A DNA stretch of 64,000 nucleotides from Parasitella parasitica NRRL 2501 (Eukaryota > Fungi > Mucoromycota). Location: NCBI GenBank assembly GCA_025201805.1, contig MU619320.1:84609-148608 (forward strand), given 5' to 3'. The notes beneath the pieces were generated by a model. That model saw nothing but the letters and a program-made list of their open reading frames with translations, did not search any database and was not told the DNA's origin. This document shows positions 62,450-64,000 of the stretch, piece by piece. The position numbers were made by a program, and so were the translations under genes. Position 1 is the first letter of the stretch. Each line of letters starts with the position of its first letter.

Positions 62450-62879
62450 CAAAAAAATCCAGAATATTATCAATAAATTGTACAATTGAGTTTTTATGGT
62501 TGACTGCCCGGGAGTGTGATAATAGTGTCATATTTGGAAAATTAGACTTTTAACAGTTGCCGCAAACAGTGAAATCTATAATATATGTATATTTGTATAA
62601 TGACACAAGCACAATAAATATTATTTTTTGAATAAAAGTTTTTATATCAATTTGGAAAACATGACGACTAAACGTATAGAAGTCAAGTGTATAGTATTCC
62701 AATAATAGTATCAAATTAATGCCTGCATATGGACCTCGTGAAAGAAAATCATTCTTGGGAGTTACAATTATGAAGAAATAGAAATATCAAAAAGTCGGTC
62801 AAACTATTGTATGATGAGGTTAATTTATTTTCGCAAACTTGGTCAAATTAGCTTCAAACATCCGGCCAAATAAATTTCC

Positions 62880-62978
62880 TTTTCATGGGCAATTTAGTCT
62901 CGCACAAGTGGGCAATTTTTTTCAAAAAAGTGGGCAGTGTTTTCAAAAATTCGGTAAATTGAGAGTGGAAGCACTGTA
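62880..62978. mobile_element. Solo Tc1/mariner-like terminus
   Basis: Ends in ...gagagtggaagCACTG-TA (= TA-CAGTG on the - strand) with three internal tgggca repeats; no partner end found in the window. Confidence 0.45.
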
Positions 62979-63701
62979 CAATTCACTTGAATGTTTGCAC
63001 AGTTAGGTTAAGCACCAACTCTTGTATCAATGTGTTGTATAATGCTTGGTGCAATTAAATTTGAAAGGTTTACGAAATAAAAGCGATATGAAATTAGAAT
63101 TATAATCAAGTTTGGGGTTCTTTATTATAAAAGTATACTGACGTTTTATCTAGAGAAAAACATCTTGGTATTTCTAGGATTTGAATTGTTGCATATCAGT
63201 TCTCATCGATGAAGCATTGATCCGAGAGTCAATGCATTAATTTGTGGTTGTTTAATTTTAGGTTTTTAAGGAGAAGCAAATTATGCTGAATGCTTCTTTC
63301 ACCATTGATGGGGATTTGCGTAACATTAGTTGGCCGTGTTAGGATGGCCATCCTCATAATTTAGTTATTGTGTTAAAGATATCCTTATCTAGAATGATGG
63401 GAAAAACTCATTGAATGACGAGCTGCCATAATAATTGATATCTTTGTCATTATCATTCTTATTCTGAATGTTTATTGTGTAAGGGAAAGCATTTTGATCA
63501 GGAGTGTTTTACTTCACACGACATTCATTGATAAGGTCTTAAATTGTATTTATAATTCACTTTGATTTATATGACTTTATATCTTATGCGAACTCGAATG
63601 ACATGTGTGAAATACATTCACCATGATGATCTGCATTCCACTTCTAGATTCATCCAGTTACCTTAAATGATATAAACTACATATGCGCACAGATAATAAG
63701 A

Positions 63702-63955
63702 TGTGCAATACAGATTTATACTATATAAGATATAAGCTAAAGATGGCACCATTAGGATGGATGACGCTACAGACTGATACTTATATCTCGACACAAGCCT
63801 TACACATTTACTAGATTTAGTATATGCTACGAGCTTATGCTATATAAGATCTATGCTTCAGATACGTATCCCCAGTTTCCAGATACGCACTACAAGACAT
63901 ATACTTATATCCATGATACTAGCTACAGATACATCATGTACTACAGACTTGTACA
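63702..63955. repeat. Possible solo-LTR-like or degenerate repeat unit
   Basis: TGTGCAA...TTGTACA termini (6/7 inverted match), internal TATATAAG, recurring agata/ctacaga; a second tgtgcaat starts at 63959. No TSD or PBS. Confidence 0.3.
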
Positions 63956-64000
63956 ATATGTGCAATGCTATAGATATGCTTATGACATGCTATAGACATG

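Overview
Eukaryotic, intron-rich (short GT-AG introns), AT-rich fungal DNA. Gene content and repeat types suggest Mucoromycota/Mucorales (inference). The gene-dense core (~5.9-54.2 kb) carries MMS19, a secreted hypothetical protein, BZZ1, mitochondrial Hsp70, a low-complexity protein, a fungal CSL (Su(H)/LAG-1) transcription factor, BLOC-1 subunit 1, a DHA2 MFS transporter, a trehalose-6-phosphate phosphatase, a GH18 chitinase, SGD1/NOM1, a Kch-family protein, HRD1, 3-hydroxybutyryl-CoA dehydrogenase, a JSN1/PUF protein, a PAK kinase, ERG27 and a LEA_2-like membrane protein. Both ends are repeat/relic-rich. Most notable: (1) a decayed, truncated Fanzor1-like (TnpB-family) ORF at 2.3-4.7 kb; (2) an inverted partial copy of the MFS coding sequence just downstream of the gene, able to form a long hairpin RNA; (3) a TPS2-like gene whose synthase-like half has decayed and holds an intact DD34E Tc1/IS630 transposon, while the phosphatase half survives as an apparently standalone gene; (4) a gene-free right end with diverged direct repeats, head-to-head GGTTGAATG/CATTCAACC arrays and decayed genes of unknown family. 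Spliced gene coordinates are whole-gene spans read by eye; no database searches were run.
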